DNA of 64,000 nt from Methyloceanibacter sp. (GTDB lineage Bacteria; Pseudomonadota; Alphaproteobacteria; Rhizobiales; Methyloligellaceae): NCBI GenBank assembly GCA_018067145.1, contig JAGPVD010000158.1, positions 15,850-79,849 of the forward strand, read 5' to 3'. Under the pieces are notes generated by a model. The model saw only the letters and a list, made by a program, of their open reading frames with translations. It had not been told where the DNA came from and did no database searches. Positions 30,559-40,607 of this stretch are shown in pieces. Every line of letters starts with the position of its first letter. The first letter of the stretch is position 1. The position numbers and the translations under genes were made by a program.

Positions 30559-30625
30559 TGGGCTTGAGGGTTTAGGCACGAATTTTGCCGCGATTGTGAA
30601 TAGACTTGGGAACAACCCGAGGACC

Positions 30626-31174
30626 ATGAGCAGCGAGCGCGTGATGCACCTTACCATCTTGAAGTCCCTACCGGCTGTCTGCCTTGCCGCGGCACTTTTA
30701 GCCAGTACAGCGAGTGCCGAACCGAAGACGCCGGCAGAGCCAACGCCGCCAGCCGAAGAGAAAATGTCCGACGCAAGCTTCGCCGAGAGCTTCGTCGGCA
30801 AGACCTATGAAGGCAATCTCGGCGTCGAAGGGTGGACGAGTTTTGGCGGCGGCCTCGTGTCACCGCCCATCTATGTGCATCGATATCAACGCGAGGACGG
30901 CACGTTTCTGGTGCTGACCAGCAAACAGACTGGGAAGGCCACCTATCTGGTGACCGACTCCCTGATTGTGCGCAAGCCGAGAAAGGGCCAGCACTTCACC
31001 ATCGCCTGTACCCAAGGCAAGGACCCGATGTTGCGCTTCATGGGCGTGGCCAAGGGGTCCGAGGAGAGAGAGTGGTGGGCGGACGTGCGCCGCGTCTGGG
31101 AGATTTCGCTGGAGACCGGCGAGATCACCAAGGTCAAGAACAAAGCCACCAAATGCGCCAACCCCGCTTGGTAG
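30626..31174 (+). CDS. hypothetical exported protein
   Basis: Signal-peptide-like N-terminus, Pro-rich linker and two Cys. Divergent from the GH3 gene. Confidence 0.65.
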   Translation: MSSERVMHLTILKSLPAVCLAAALLASTASAEPKTPAEPTPPAEEKMSDASFAESFVGKTYEGNLGVEGWTSFGGGLVSPPIYVHRYQREDGTFLVLTSKQTGKATYLVTDSLIVRKPRKGQHFTIACTQGKDPMLRFMGVAKGSEEREWWADVRRVWEISLETGEITKVKNKATKCANPAW

Positions 31175-31184
31175 CCGTGTAGCG

Positions 31185-31688
31185 ATGGATCAATTGATAT
31201 TCGTAGCGACTATGCTGGCCGCGCTTGGCGCCGCGCTTTTGGCCGGAAACTTCTTTGCCTTCTCCACCTTCTTGATGAAGGCCCTCAAAGGCCTCTCGGC
31301 CGAGCGCGGCATCGTCGCCATGCAAGCCATCACCATGGCCATCAAGAGTCTCTCCTTCTTGATAGTATTTTTTGGGACGGCCGTGCTCTCTGCCGTGCTC
31401 GCCGTCGCCGCGATCCTAAAATATGGAACGCCGGGCTCCTGCTACCTGCTGGCGGGTAGCTTCCTTTTCCTCATCGGCACGTTCTCCGTGACCATGCTGC
31501 GCAACGCGCCGCTTAACCGCGCGCTCACCCGCACCACACCCCGCTCCAAAGAAGGCCGCCAAATGTGGAAGCGGTTCCAGTCGTCCTGGGGCATGTGGAA
31601 CCATGTGCGCAGCGTCACATCGCTCATGGCATGCGCACTCTTCATCATGGCGCTGGTGGACGGCAGCAACCCGTTCGGCACGCACTAG
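31185..31688 (+). CDS. DUF1772 / anthrone oxygenase-like membrane protein
   Basis: AG.FFAFSTFLM.AL, GIVAMQ, T...N.PLN.AL, W..WNHVR. Confidence 0.8.
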   Translation: MDQLIFVATMLAALGAALLAGNFFAFSTFLMKALKGLSAERGIVAMQAITMAIKSLSFLIVFFGTAVLSAVLAVAAILKYGTPGSCYLLAGSFLFLIGTFSVTMLRNAPLNRALTRTTPRSKEGRQMWKRFQSSWGMWNHVRSVTSLMACALFIMALVDGSNPFGTH

Positions 31689-31706
31689 ACGCACAGAGCC
31701 TCACTC

Positions 31707-32107
31707 CTAAGCAGGCTCTGACTCTTCCTCCCCGAGCTCGATCATAGTCTCTTCCAACTCGGCCACGAACTCGTTGAAAGTGCCGGTGCCGTAAAGCGGC
31801 TTGCCCACACTGGCCGTGCAGTTGAACGGCACCAGCAGCGACGATCCCTTGGGCAGCGCCTTACCGAGGCCGTGCATAAACACGGGCACGACGGGGCAAA
31901 TTTTTAGCAATAATTCAATGATATAAACGACATCAGCGCCAACACGTCGAGATTGGAACTATGGTTGGCGACAACCAGGGCCGGACCGCCCTTCGGCAGG
32001 CGCTCGCGGTTTCGCACGGTCAAGCCAAGCACGACCAAGATCACCGCCCGCACGAGGACAGCAAAAAACAAGAAGTGCAGCAGCCTGATGAATGGGTTGC
32101 GGCTCAT
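31707..32107 (-). pseudogene. lysophospholipid acyltransferase remnant (internal deletion plus frameshift)
   Basis: N-terminal fragment (..[14 protein letters not shown]..) and C-terminal fragment (..VVPVFMHGLGKALPKG..VPF..) lie in different frames. The central FPEG motif region is missing. Confidence 0.75.
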
Positions 32108-32140
32108 CCGCCTCGCCTCCTGGCAGGCCGAAGAGAATGG

Positions 32141-32752
32141 TCACGACAATTCTGACTCAGCGACGATGCGATGCGCGCGATTGAATATGGTTCGCACGGC
32201 GAGCAAGAGCAGGACGGCAAGATAGATACTGGTCCACAAGCCTGCCGTGAAGCCGAGGCCGATCAGCAGCGCGAGTAGCCCGAAGGCGAAAGCGCGGTCG
32301 CTTTTGCCGAACGGTCCATCATAACGCCGTGGCGCGCTAATGAGCGGCCCAAGCGCACCCGTCATCTCGGCGATGATGCCGGCGACAACGACCAACACCA
32401 CGAGCACCGGACTGACCCCTGGGATAAACGCGAAGGGTAGATAAAGCGCCGCGTCGGCCATCACGTCGCATAGCTCGTTGAGCACAGCCCCTTCCGGGCT
32501 CGCCAGATCATGCTCCTTGGCCATCAGCCCATCGATGGCGTTGAGCGCTATGCGGATGAATAAGGTCAGCGGCAGGACGAGCAAGGGCAGTGAAGACGTT
32601 GGATCGAAGGCAATCCACGCGCCTTGGGCAATGCTGAGGAGAAGCGCCGCCACCGTGACGGCATTGGCGGTGAGATCCGCTTCGGCAAGAGCTTTGGCGA
32701 CCGGGCGCAGCAGCGCCTGAAACATCGGCTTCAGACCGTAGATCGTGGCCAA
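32141..32752 (-). CDS. CDP-alcohol phosphatidyltransferase (YnbA-like)
   Basis: IYGLKP.FQ.LLRP, TANAVT, ALNAIDGLMA, GPFGKSDR. Confidence 0.85.
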   Translation of the reverse strand: MATIYGLKPMFQALLRPVAKALAEADLTANAVTVAALLLSIAQGAWIAFDPTSSLPLLVLPLTLFIRIALNAIDGLMAKEHDLASPEGAVLNELCDVMADAALYLPFAFIPGVSPVLVVLVVVAGIIAEMTGALGPLISAPRRYDGPFGKSDRAFAFGLLALLIGLGFTAGLWTSIYLAVLLLLAVRTIFNRAHRIVAESELS

Positions 32753-32796
32753 GGCTCACTACCTCCAAATAATGTCATGCCGAACTCGCGCCGGGA

Positions 32797-34323
32797 TCAG
32801 CGCACCCATTCTACCCCTAGGAAGATCATCGCGGCCAATCCGGCGGCCGAAGGGACGGTAATCGCCCACGCTGCCAAGATGCCCACGAAATGGCTCCGGC
32901 GCACCAGCTTGCGGCGGCGCAATTTTTCTTGGTCTTTCTCGGGCAAGCGCCGCGTCGACTGATTCCGTTTATGCGTCCGCAGGTAACGACGGCGGCGGCG
33001 GCTCGTCGCCGTGTAGTACTCGCGGAAGAACCCAACACCGAACACGGCGCCAACCGCGATATGCGTAGTGCTGACCGGTAGCCCCAACTGCGAGGCGAAC
33101 AACACCGTGACCGCCGCCGAAAGCGCCACGCAGAACGCGCGCATAGGATTCATCTTGGTGATTTTCTCGCCGACAATGCGCACGATGCGCGGGCCGAACA
33201 GGAAGAGGCCGAGACTGATACCCACCGCGCCGATCAGCATCACCCAGAGCGGCACGCCGACTTCGGTCGTCAACGAACCGGACTCGGCGCTTGAGAGGAT
33301 TGCCGCCAACGGGCCGACCGCATTGGCCACGTCGTTCGAGCCATGGGCGAAGGACAGCAAGGCAGCCGCGCAGATCAAAGGCAGGTGGAAGAGCTTTCTC
33401 AAACCTTGATTGCGGTTCTCCATGCCAACCGACTGATGGCGCACCCACGGCCTTGCGAGGCAGTAGACCAGAGCGAACACCAAGACGGCGGTCAGGGCGA
33501 TCTCTGGCAGGTCGGGCTTCCAAACATGCTTCAGCCCTTTGATGACGAGATAGGCCGAGAAGACCGCGGCGAGCAGCGCCACGAGCACAGGCACCCAACG
33601 CCGCGCCGCGGCGATCTTGTCTTCCTGGTAGATCAGATTGATCTTGATGAAGGCGAGGAAAGCAGCCGCGATAACGCCGCCGATCAGCGGCGATATCAGC
33701 CAGCTGATGAAGATCGACGACACCACATACCAATCCACCACGCTGGCGCCGACCGCGGCGAGACCGGCACCCAATACGCCGCCGACAATCGAATGGGTCG
33801 TCGACACGGGCGCGCCTAAATACGTCGCGAGATGCACCCACAGCGCCGAGGCGAGCAGCGCCGACATCATGATCCACACGAACACGTCGCCGCTCGGGAT
33901 CAATGCGGGATCGATAATACCTTTGGAGATTGTCTTGACCACATCGCCACCGGCGATGAGCGCACCGGCGCATTCGAAGATCACGGCGATGACGAGCGCG
34001 CCCATCATGGTCAGCGCGCGTGCGCCAACCGCGGGGCCCACATTATTGGCCACGTCGTTGGCACCGATATTGAGCGCCATGTAGCCGCCAATAATGGCGG
34101 CGACGACCATCAATACGCCGTTCTGACTCGTGCCAATCTGAGTGCTAGCTAGCGCGCCGGCAATGGCGAGGAACAGCAGGGCGATGCCGACTGCGGACCG
34201 GTTTCGTGAAACGAATCGGGTCGCATCCTCCAGCCGCTCGATCTTGCGGAGGTCCTTGTCGAGTGACGTCTTGCGAATCGCGGCTTTGCGTGCAGCCGGC
34301 GCGTCTTCATCGCGAAGTGTCAT
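32797..34323 (-). CDS. pit: inorganic phosphate transporter (PiT family)
   Basis: GANDVANN, PVSTTH, HGSNDVANA, LPVSTTH. Confidence 0.93.
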   Translation of the reverse strand: MTLRDEDAPAARKAAIRKTSLDKDLRKIERLEDATRFVSRNRSAVGIALLFLAIAGALASTQIGTSQNGVLMVVAAIIGGYMALNIGANDVANNVGPAVGARALTMMGALVIAVIFECAGALIAGGDVVKTISKGIIDPALIPSGDVFVWIMMSALLASALWVHLATYLGAPVSTTHSIVGGVLGAGLAAVGASVVDWYVVSSIFISWLISPLIGGVIAAAFLAFIKINLIYQEDKIAAARRWVPVLVALLAAVFSAYLVIKGLKHVWKPDLPEIALTAVLVFALVYCLARPWVRHQSVGMENRNQGLRKLFHLPLICAAALLSFAHGSNDVANAVGPLAAILSSAESGSLTTEVGVPLWVMLIGAVGISLGLFLFGPRIVRIVGEKITKMNPMRAFCVALSAAVTVLFASQLGLPVSTTHIAVGAVFGVGFFREYYTATSRRRRRYLRTHKRNQSTRRLPEKDQEKLRRRKLVRRSHFVGILAAWAITVPSAAGLAAMIFLGVEWVR

Positions 34324-34447
34324 GCGGATTAAAGGCCCCCAGATCCACTAGAGTTAGGTCATAGGGAGTCTTGCATGAGGTCACAACCTCACCGGACAGT
34401 CGGCCACAGCTTTTCGCAATCTGTGTGGAAAACAGCGATCCTTGGGC

Positions 34448-34870
34448 TCAAACGAGCCGGTCCCGGGCAAAGTCCCGCAGCACGTCCGCAAGTTGGGGCT
34501 CCCAGACCATGGAGGCCGCCTCGTCCGGTCCGACCCACTTAGTACGGCGACTGCTCTTTTCGGGCCAATCGAGCTCCTGCAAACGAACCTGCACCGGGTA
34601 GACATCGACGCTGCACCGCACCCAGGAGAAGATGTGGAGGCGCTTGGTGTAGGCGTAGCTGCCGATCGGCTGGTCGCCGACATCGCCCTCGACACCCGCT
34701 TCTTCAAACGCTTCGAGCGCCGCAAGCTCGGCATGGGGCAGACGGGCCTTGGGCCAACCTTGTGGAATCGTCCAGTGGCCACGCCTTCGCGTGGTGATCA
34801 GGAGGATCAGTGGGCCGCTTTCGACCTCCACAAACGGAAGCGCGGCGACTTGCTTCAAAGGTGACTTCAT
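34448..34870 (-). CDS. NUDIX hydrolase
   Basis: QVAALP, LLITT, W.IP.GW, AALEAFEEAGV, WPE...R..W. Confidence 0.85.
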   Translation of the reverse strand: MKSPLKQVAALPFVEVESGPLILLITTRRRGHWTIPQGWPKARLPHAELAALEAFEEAGVEGDVGDQPIGSYAYTKRLHIFSWVRCSVDVYPVQVRLQELDWPEKSSRRTKWVGPDEAASMVWEPQLADVLRDFARDRLV

Positions 34871-34914
34871 ATCGGCTCGCCAGGTAGGCGGTTGGGGTCG
34901 GGCCTCATGTTAGC

Positions 34915-35595
34915 CTATTCAGTGTCGTGCGCGGCCATGCCATCCGGCGGAGAATGGCTTTCGGCTTGCGCCAAAAGCTCCTCCACCTTCGGCAGCATAT
35001 TCTCGACGATCTTGGCGACGCCCTTGCCGTTCGGGTGGATGCCGTCGGGCAGCATCAGCCCGAGATTGAGCGCCGCGCCTTCCAAGAAGAACGGGTAGAG
35101 GATGACGTCGTAGCGCACGGCAAGATCCGGATAGATCGCGGCGAATTCCTCGACATAATCCTTGCCCATATTGCGCGGTGCCACCATGCCGGTGAGCAAT
35201 ACCTTCAGGTCTTTGGCCTGCAATTGTTCGATGATCTCGGCGAGCGCCCGCTTCGCCTCTTCCGGCGGCAAACCTTGAAGCGCGTCGTTAGCGCCAAGCT
35301 CGACGATCACCGCGTCCGCATTCGGCGGCAACGACCAGTTGAGACGTTTGAGCCCAGCATTCGCCGTGTCACCCGAGACTCCGGCATTCACGACCCTGAC
35401 CTTGGCGCCGCGTGCCTTGAGCGCCGCCTGGAGCTGCACCGGGAAGGACTGATATCGCGGCAGGCCATAGCCCGCGGTGAGGCTATCACCGAACGCGACG
35501 ATCACAGTCTCTTGTTGATCTGTCTTGGCTGGATGCAAGCCCAACATGAAGAGGGCGGCAACAGCGAGAACCAGTTGGACGGTGTGACGTTTCAT
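34915..35595 (-). CDS. tesA: arylesterase / SGNH lysophospholipase (TesA-like)
   Basis: FGDSLTAG, NAGVSGD, ELGAND, DGIHPN. Confidence 0.88.
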   Translation of the reverse strand: MKRHTVQLVLAVAALFMLGLHPAKTDQQETVIVAFGDSLTAGYGLPRYQSFPVQLQAALKARGAKVRVVNAGVSGDTANAGLKRLNWSLPPNADAVIVELGANDALQGLPPEEAKRALAEIIEQLQAKDLKVLLTGMVAPRNMGKDYVEEFAAIYPDLAVRYDVILYPFFLEGAALNLGLMLPDGIHPNGKGVAKIVENMLPKVEELLAQAESHSPPDGMAAHDTE

Positions 35596-35668
35596 CTTTT
35601 CGACCTGTTTGCCCTTCTCTATTACGGCTGTTCGTGGCATTTCTTTTGCGATCGGCGATCTTCTACCA

Positions 35669-36385
35669 ATGGATCAGACTCTGAAACAGCGACCCGCGAT
35701 CCACCTCGAAGGCGTGCATGTCACCCTTCCCTCACGCGCCGGCGCGGTCGCCATCCTGCGAGGCATCGACCTTAGCGTACCGGAAGGCGAAGCTGTGGCC
35801 GTTGTCGGTCCCAGCGGCTCGGGCAAATCCACTTTGCTCATGGTCATCGCCGGTCTCGAACGCGCCACTGCGGGTCACATATCCGTTGTCGGTACCGATC
35901 TTAGCACCCTCAATGAAGACGGCCTTGCACGTTTGCGTGCCAGTAATATCGGCATCGTGTTCCAGTCCTTCCATCTCGTGCCAACCATGACAGCCGTCGA
36001 GAATGTGGCGCTGCCCCTAGAGTTCCTCAACCGGGGCGATGCTTTCGAAATTGCCCGCGCCGCACTCGCCGAAGTCGGGCTTTCCCATCGCGAAACCCAT
36101 TTCCCCGGCCAGCTTTCTGGCGGCGAGCAGCAGCGCGTGGCCATTGCCCGAGCACTATCTACAAAGCCAACACTGATCCTGGCCGACGAGCCAACGGGCA
36201 ATCTCGACCTCGCCACCGGCGCGCAAGTCATGGATCTCCTTTTTGAGATGAAGGAGCGCACCGGCGCCACGTTGCTTCTCATCACCCATGACAACAATCT
36301 AGCCAAGCGTTGTGACCGCACCGTGAGCCTCGCCGATGGCCGTATTGTCAGCGGGCGCGCCAAGCGCCGCGTGGCGACTTCGTGA
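35669..36385 (+). CDS. ABC transporter ATP-binding protein (YbbA-like)
   Basis: GPSGSGKST, FQSFHL, LSGGEQQR, ADEPTGNLD. Divergent from tesA. Confidence 0.9.
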   Translation: MDQTLKQRPAIHLEGVHVTLPSRAGAVAILRGIDLSVPEGEAVAVVGPSGSGKSTLLMVIAGLERATAGHISVVGTDLSTLNEDGLARLRASNIGIVFQSFHLVPTMTAVENVALPLEFLNRGDAFEIARAALAEVGLSHRETHFPGQLSGGEQQRVAIARALSTKPTLILADEPTGNLDLATGAQVMDLLFEMKERTGATLLLITHDNNLAKRCDRTVSLADGRIVSGRAKRRVATS

Positions 36386-38958
36386 GCGCCGCAGCTACGA
36401 CCGCGGAACCGGTAGCGTCACGGCTCAAACTTCCCTTGGCGCTGAGCATTGCACTGCGCGAACTGCGCGCGGGCGCGGGCGGACTTGCCGTCTTCGTGTT
36501 GTGCATCGCGCTTGGCGTCGCCGCGGTTGCCGCCATCGGTTCGCTGGCGGCGGCATTCGACAAGGCGCTCGCGCAACAGGGACGAATGCTCATCGGTGGC
36601 GATCTCTCTTTCGAGCTGATCCACCGCCAAACAAAACCCGACGAGCGCGCGGCGCTGCAAGCGCTCGGTGAGATCAGCGAGTCGGCAAGCTTCCGCGCCA
36701 TGGCCAGAGCGGAAGGCGGCAAGAGTGCTTTGGTCGAAGTGAAAGCGGTCGACGATCCCTACCCGCTTTATGGCGAGGTCTCGATCTTGGCGCCGGACGG
36801 TGCTGGAGCCTTGTGGCGCGAGCCTGACGTCGTGCTGGCCGAGCGCGTTCTGCTCGATCGTTTGGGACTGAAGATCGGCGACCCTCTTAAGATCGGTGAG
36901 ACGACGGTGACGATCGGCGGCGTGCTGGGGGAACAGCCCGACCGGCTGGCCGACCGACTCTCTTATGGGCCGAAGCTGTTGATGTCGCGCGCCACGCTCA
37001 CCAAGACCGGACTGGTTCAGCCCGGCAGCCTCATCCGTTGGGTCTATCGCGTGAAAATGCCCGGCGATATTGCGGTTGACCGCAAGCGGCTGACGGCGGC
37101 GCGCAAGACCATCGAGACCGAATTCCCGCAATCAGGCTTCGCCATCCGGGACTGGACCGACCCGGCGCCGACGCTGCGGCGCGACGCCGAACGCTTCACC
37201 CAGTTCATTAATTTTGTCGGCCTCACCGCACTGCTGCTTGGCGGCATCGGTGTCGGCAATGCCATCCAGAGCTACATGGCCAAGAAGCGCGAGATCATCG
37301 CCACTTTCAAATGCCTCGGCGCCACAAGCCGCCTCGTGCTCAATATCTATTTGATCCAGGCGATGCTGCTCGCATTCGTCGGCATCTCCATCGGGCTGGT
37401 GCTCGGCGCATCTACGCCTGCCGTGATCTCCATGCTCTACGCCGACGCGCTGCCCATCGCGCTCGCTATTGAGCCCCATCCCATCCCGCTCATCGTCGCT
37501 GGGCTCGCTGGTCTCCTCACCATGGTGCTGTTCGTGCTGTGGCCGCTAGGGCGCGCCAGCCGCATCTCACCCGCCGTGCTGATGCGGGCGTATCTGACGG
37601 AAGAGAGAGAACGTTCTGCACTTCCCTTCGCGCTCGGCTCGGTGGCGGCGGGCCTCGCGCTTTTCGTGCTCGCCATCGCGACGTCCGAGGAACGGCTTGT
37701 CACAGCAGCGATCTCCGTCGGCATCGTCTGCGCCTTCGTGGTGCTGCTTGGATTCGGCGCGATGCTGCAGCGGCTTGCTGCCCGCTTCCGTCGCACCAAG
37801 CCGCCCGCCTGGGGGCTGGCGCTTTCAAGCATCGGCGCACCGGGCTCGCTCGCCCGTTCAACCGCCGTCTCGCTCGGTCTCGGGCTCGGCCTGCTCATCG
37901 CCGTGGCGCTGATCCAGCACTCGCTGCTGACCGAAATCGAGAGCCATGTGGAGATCGACGCGCCCGCTTACTATTTCCTCAATGTCGAGACCGACGACCT
38001 GACGGCCTTCCAGGATACCGCCAAGGCCATCGAGCCCTCCGCCAAGCTCGATGACGCTCCCATGTTGCGCGGCCGCATCGTCGAGCTGAACGGCGTCCCC
38101 GTCGACAAGGCGGAAGTGTCACCGGACGCCCGCTGGGTGCTCGCCGGCGACCGTGGCCTCACCTACACGGAGACCGTACCTGGCGCCTCGACCATCGAGG
38201 CTGGCGAATGGTGGCCCAAAGACTATGCGGGCCCGCCGCTAGTCTCCTTCGACGGGGAGCTTGCCGAGGGGCTCGGCCTGAAGCTCGACGATACGGTCAC
38301 CGTCAATATTCTCGGCCGCAATGTGGAGGCGAAGATCGCCAGCATGCGCAAGGTCGATTGGGAGTCGCTCGCCATTAATTTCGTCATGGTGTTCTCGCCC
38401 AACACGCTTCAAGACGCGCCACATCGGCTTGTTACCACGCTTGAGCTGCCCAAGGGCACGTCCCCGGAGCACGAGGCCAAGATCATCCAGTCGCTGGCTG
38501 AGCGTTTCCCGCTGGTGACGGCGATCAAGATTGGCGACATCGTTGATGCCGCCAAGGCGCTGCTCGCAAAGCTGATGACCGCGATCCAAGCAACGGCGGG
38601 CATCACCCTGCTCATTGGCGCTGCGGTGCTCGCGGGCGCGGTGGCCGCCGGGCAGCAGCAGCGGAAATATCTCGCGGTGCTCTACAAGACACTCGGCGCC
38701 ACGCGCGGCATCATCATCCGTGCCGAGCTTTTGGAGTTTGGCGCGCTGGGACTGGCGACGTCCCTGCTCGCGGTCCTCATCGCCACGATCACCGCTTGGG
38801 CGCTCTGCACCTTCGCCTTCGACCTCGACTTCTTATTCGCGCCCATGGCGGCGATTCAGACGGTCTTGCTGGCGCTGGTGCTGGTGCTTGGCGTCGGCGC
38901 TATCGCCACCTGGCGGGTGCTTTCGGTCAAGGCGGCGCCCTATCTCAGGGCCGAATAA
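36382..38958 (+). CDS. FtsX-like ABC permease (YbbP-like)
   Basis: ALRELR, LKCLGA-like motif, PMLRGRI, VDWESL..NF, KTLGA. Confidence 0.88.
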   Translation: MSAAATTAEPVASRLKLPLALSIALRELRAGAGGLAVFVLCIALGVAAVAAIGSLAAAFDKALAQQGRMLIGGDLSFELIHRQTKPDERAALQALGEISESASFRAMARAEGGKSALVEVKAVDDPYPLYGEVSILAPDGAGALWREPDVVLAERVLLDRLGLKIGDPLKIGETTVTIGGVLGEQPDRLADRLSYGPKLLMSRATLTKTGLVQPGSLIRWVYRVKMPGDIAVDRKRLTAARKTIETEFPQSGFAIRDWTDPAPTLRRDAERFTQFINFVGLTALLLGGIGVGNAIQSYMAKKREIIATFKCLGATSRLVLNIYLIQAMLLAFVGISIGLVLGASTPAVISMLYADALPIALAIEPHPIPLIVAGLAGLLTMVLFVLWPLGRASRISPAVLMRAYLTEERERSALPFALGSVAAGLALFVLAIATSEERLVTAAISVGIVCAFVVLLGFGAMLQRLAARFRRTKPPAWGLALSSIGAPGSLARSTAVSLGLGLGLLIAVALIQHSLLTEIESHVEIDAPAYYFLNVETDDLTAFQDTAKAIEPSAKLDDAPMLRGRIVELNGVPVDKAEVSPDARWVLAGDRGLTYTETVPGASTIEAGEWWPKDYAGPPLVSFDGELAEGLGLKLDDTVTVNILGRNVEAKIASMRKVDWESLAINFVMVFSPNTLQDAPHRLVTTLELPKGTSPEHEAKIIQSLAERFPLVTAIKIGDIVDAAKALLAKLMTAIQATAGITLLIGAAVLAGAVAAGQQQRKYLAVLYKTLGATRGIIIRAELLEFGALGLATSLLAVLIATITAWALCTFAFDLDFLFAPMAAIQTVLLALVLVLGVGAIATWRVLSVKAAPYLRAE

Positions 38959-39075
38959 GCCGCTTCGGGCGGTACCGGACACACGCAGTTCATCTTGCGC
39001 AACCAGCCTAAAACCACCATATTCTTGAGTAAATTAGCTAACTGACAAACCGATTCAGCAAGGGATTCTTATTAT

Positions 39076-39831
39076 ATGGCCGAACTCAACAGACGTTATG
39101 GGCAGGGCACGGCCGCCGGGCGCACAGACGCCGGCGCTATCGACCAAGGCCTGCGCTCCTACATGCTCCGCGTCTACAACTACATGGCCTCTGGCGTCGC
39201 CATTACCGGCGTCGTCGCTTATCTCATTTTCTCCATGGCCGTGGAGCAGGGCGCGGGCGGGCTGCAGCTCACCGCATTCGGCAACTTGATGTATGCCAGC
39301 GCCTTCAAGTGGGTCGTGATCTTCGCGCCGCTCGCTCTGGTGTTCTTCATCTCGGCGCGCATCAACTCCATGAGCCTCACAACCGCCCAGATCTCATTCT
39401 GGGCCTTCTCCGCATTGATGGGCGCGTCGATTTCCTCGATCTTCCTCATCTATGCCGGTGAGAGCATCACGCGAGTGTTCTTCATCACGGCCGCCGCCTT
39501 CGGTGCGCTGTCGCTCTGGGGCTACACCACGAAGCGCGATATTTCCGCTTGGGGCTCGTTCCTGTTCATGGGCCTGATCGGCATCATCATCGCCTCGGTG
39601 GTGAACCTGTTCATCGGTTCAACCGCATTGCAATTCGCGGTCTCGGTGATCGGCGTGCTGGTGTTCGCTGGGCTGACCGCCTACGACACCCAGCAGATCA
39701 AGGAGATGTATTCGGCCAACGACGATCACACGATGTCTGGCCGGAAAGCCGTGATGGGCGCGCTCAGGCTCTATCTCGACTTCATCAACCTGTTCATGAT
39801 GCTGCTGTCTCTGTTCGGCGACCGCCGCTAA
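39076..39831 (+). CDS. yccA: Bax inhibitor-1/YccA family protein
   Basis: GLRSYMLRVYNYM, GYTTKRD, LTAYDTQ, ALRLYLDFINLF. Confidence 0.93.
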   Translation: MAELNRRYGQGTAAGRTDAGAIDQGLRSYMLRVYNYMASGVAITGVVAYLIFSMAVEQGAGGLQLTAFGNLMYASAFKWVVIFAPLALVFFISARINSMSLTTAQISFWAFSALMGASISSIFLIYAGESITRVFFITAAAFGALSLWGYTTKRDISAWGSFLFMGLIGIIIASVVNLFIGSTALQFAVSVIGVLVFAGLTAYDTQQIKEMYSANDDHTMSGRKAVMGALRLYLDFINLFMMLLSLFGDRR

Positions 39832-39856
39832 ACGAAGCAAGCATCCAGAAACTAAC

Positions 39857-39889
39857 AAAGGCCCCAGCTTCACCGCTGGGGCCTTTTTT
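39857..39889 (+). terminator. Rho-independent terminator of yccA
   Basis: AAAGGCCCCAGC-TTCACC-GCTGGGGCCTTT followed by a T tract. Confidence 0.85.
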
Positions 39890-39921
39890 CGTTCTATGCC
39901 AGGGCCAAGAAATTTGGTGGG

Positions 39922-39949
39922 GTTGAAAATGCAACAATCGTTCCTATCT
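39922..39949 (+). promoter_or_regulatory. sigma32 (RpoH)-type promoter
   Basis: GTTGAA-N15-CCTATCT matches the alphaproteobacterial RpoH consensus CTTGAA-N15/16-CCTATAT. Confidence 0.6.
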
Positions 39950-39954
39950 AACAG

Positions 39955-40043
39955 GCTGAGACGGGTACCCTCCCCGTCTCAGGTTCCCCCCAAACGGAGC
40001 CATAGAAGCCCCGAGTCCCCCCCGTCTCCGGGGCTTCTTTTTT
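39955..40043 (+). ncRNA. candidate three-hairpin C-rich-loop sRNA (cuckoo/alpha-r14-like)
   Basis: Stems CTGAGACGGG/CCCGTCTCAG, GTTCC/GGAGC and AGAAGCCCCG/CGGGGCTTCT with loops ACCCTC, CCCCAAAC and TCCCCCCC, ending in a T tract. Confidence 0.7.
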
Positions 40044-40065
40044 GTCTGTGATTCCGGGCTGTTAG

Positions 40066-40449
40066 CTAAGCCTTGACCAGGCGTAAGCCCTTATCCAGAA
40101 CCCGCAGCACGCGGCTAAGATCGCGACCCCGCCGCAAGATGAGGCCCGTGGCCGCGATCACGCTATAGGCGCCTTGGCGCCGCGCCAGCTTAGGCGCCTT
40201 CTCAATACGATAGAGTGGGACTTCAGAGGCCCGGCGGAACACTGAAAACACGGCCTTTTCTTTCAGCGTGTCGATGGCGTAGTCGCGCCATTCGCCGCTA
40301 GCTACCTTGCGGCCGTAGACATTGAGGATTTGCGCGAGTTCCTGGCGATCAAACGAAATGCCGACACACTGCGGGACCGCTTCTGAGCGCTTCAGACTGC
40401 CGCCAGCCTTGCGGGCCAGCGGCACGACCATGGGCTCCATTTCGCTCAA
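40066..40449 (-). CDS. DUF2794 family protein
   Basis: FDRQEL..IL.VYG..VA.GEWRDYAID, AVFSVFRR, PLYRIEK. Confidence 0.9.
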   Translation of the reverse strand: MSEMEPMVVPLARKAGGSLKRSEAVPQCVGISFDRQELAQILNVYGRKVASGEWRDYAIDTLKEKAVFSVFRRASEVPLYRIEKAPKLARRQGAYSVIAATGLILRRGRDLSRVLRVLDKGLRLVKA

Positions 40450-40607
40450 GTCGCGCCTCCTGCAATGGAAGCTTCATGATGACCGCGCGCCGACGAAAAT
40501 TCAAGCCAGCGCGGGCTGTCACACGGGCTGTAACATTACGAAACATGAATCACAGTTCCGCCCCAGTTCAGCCCTTGGCGTGCCCCAAAACCCCCTATGA
40601 TTAACGA

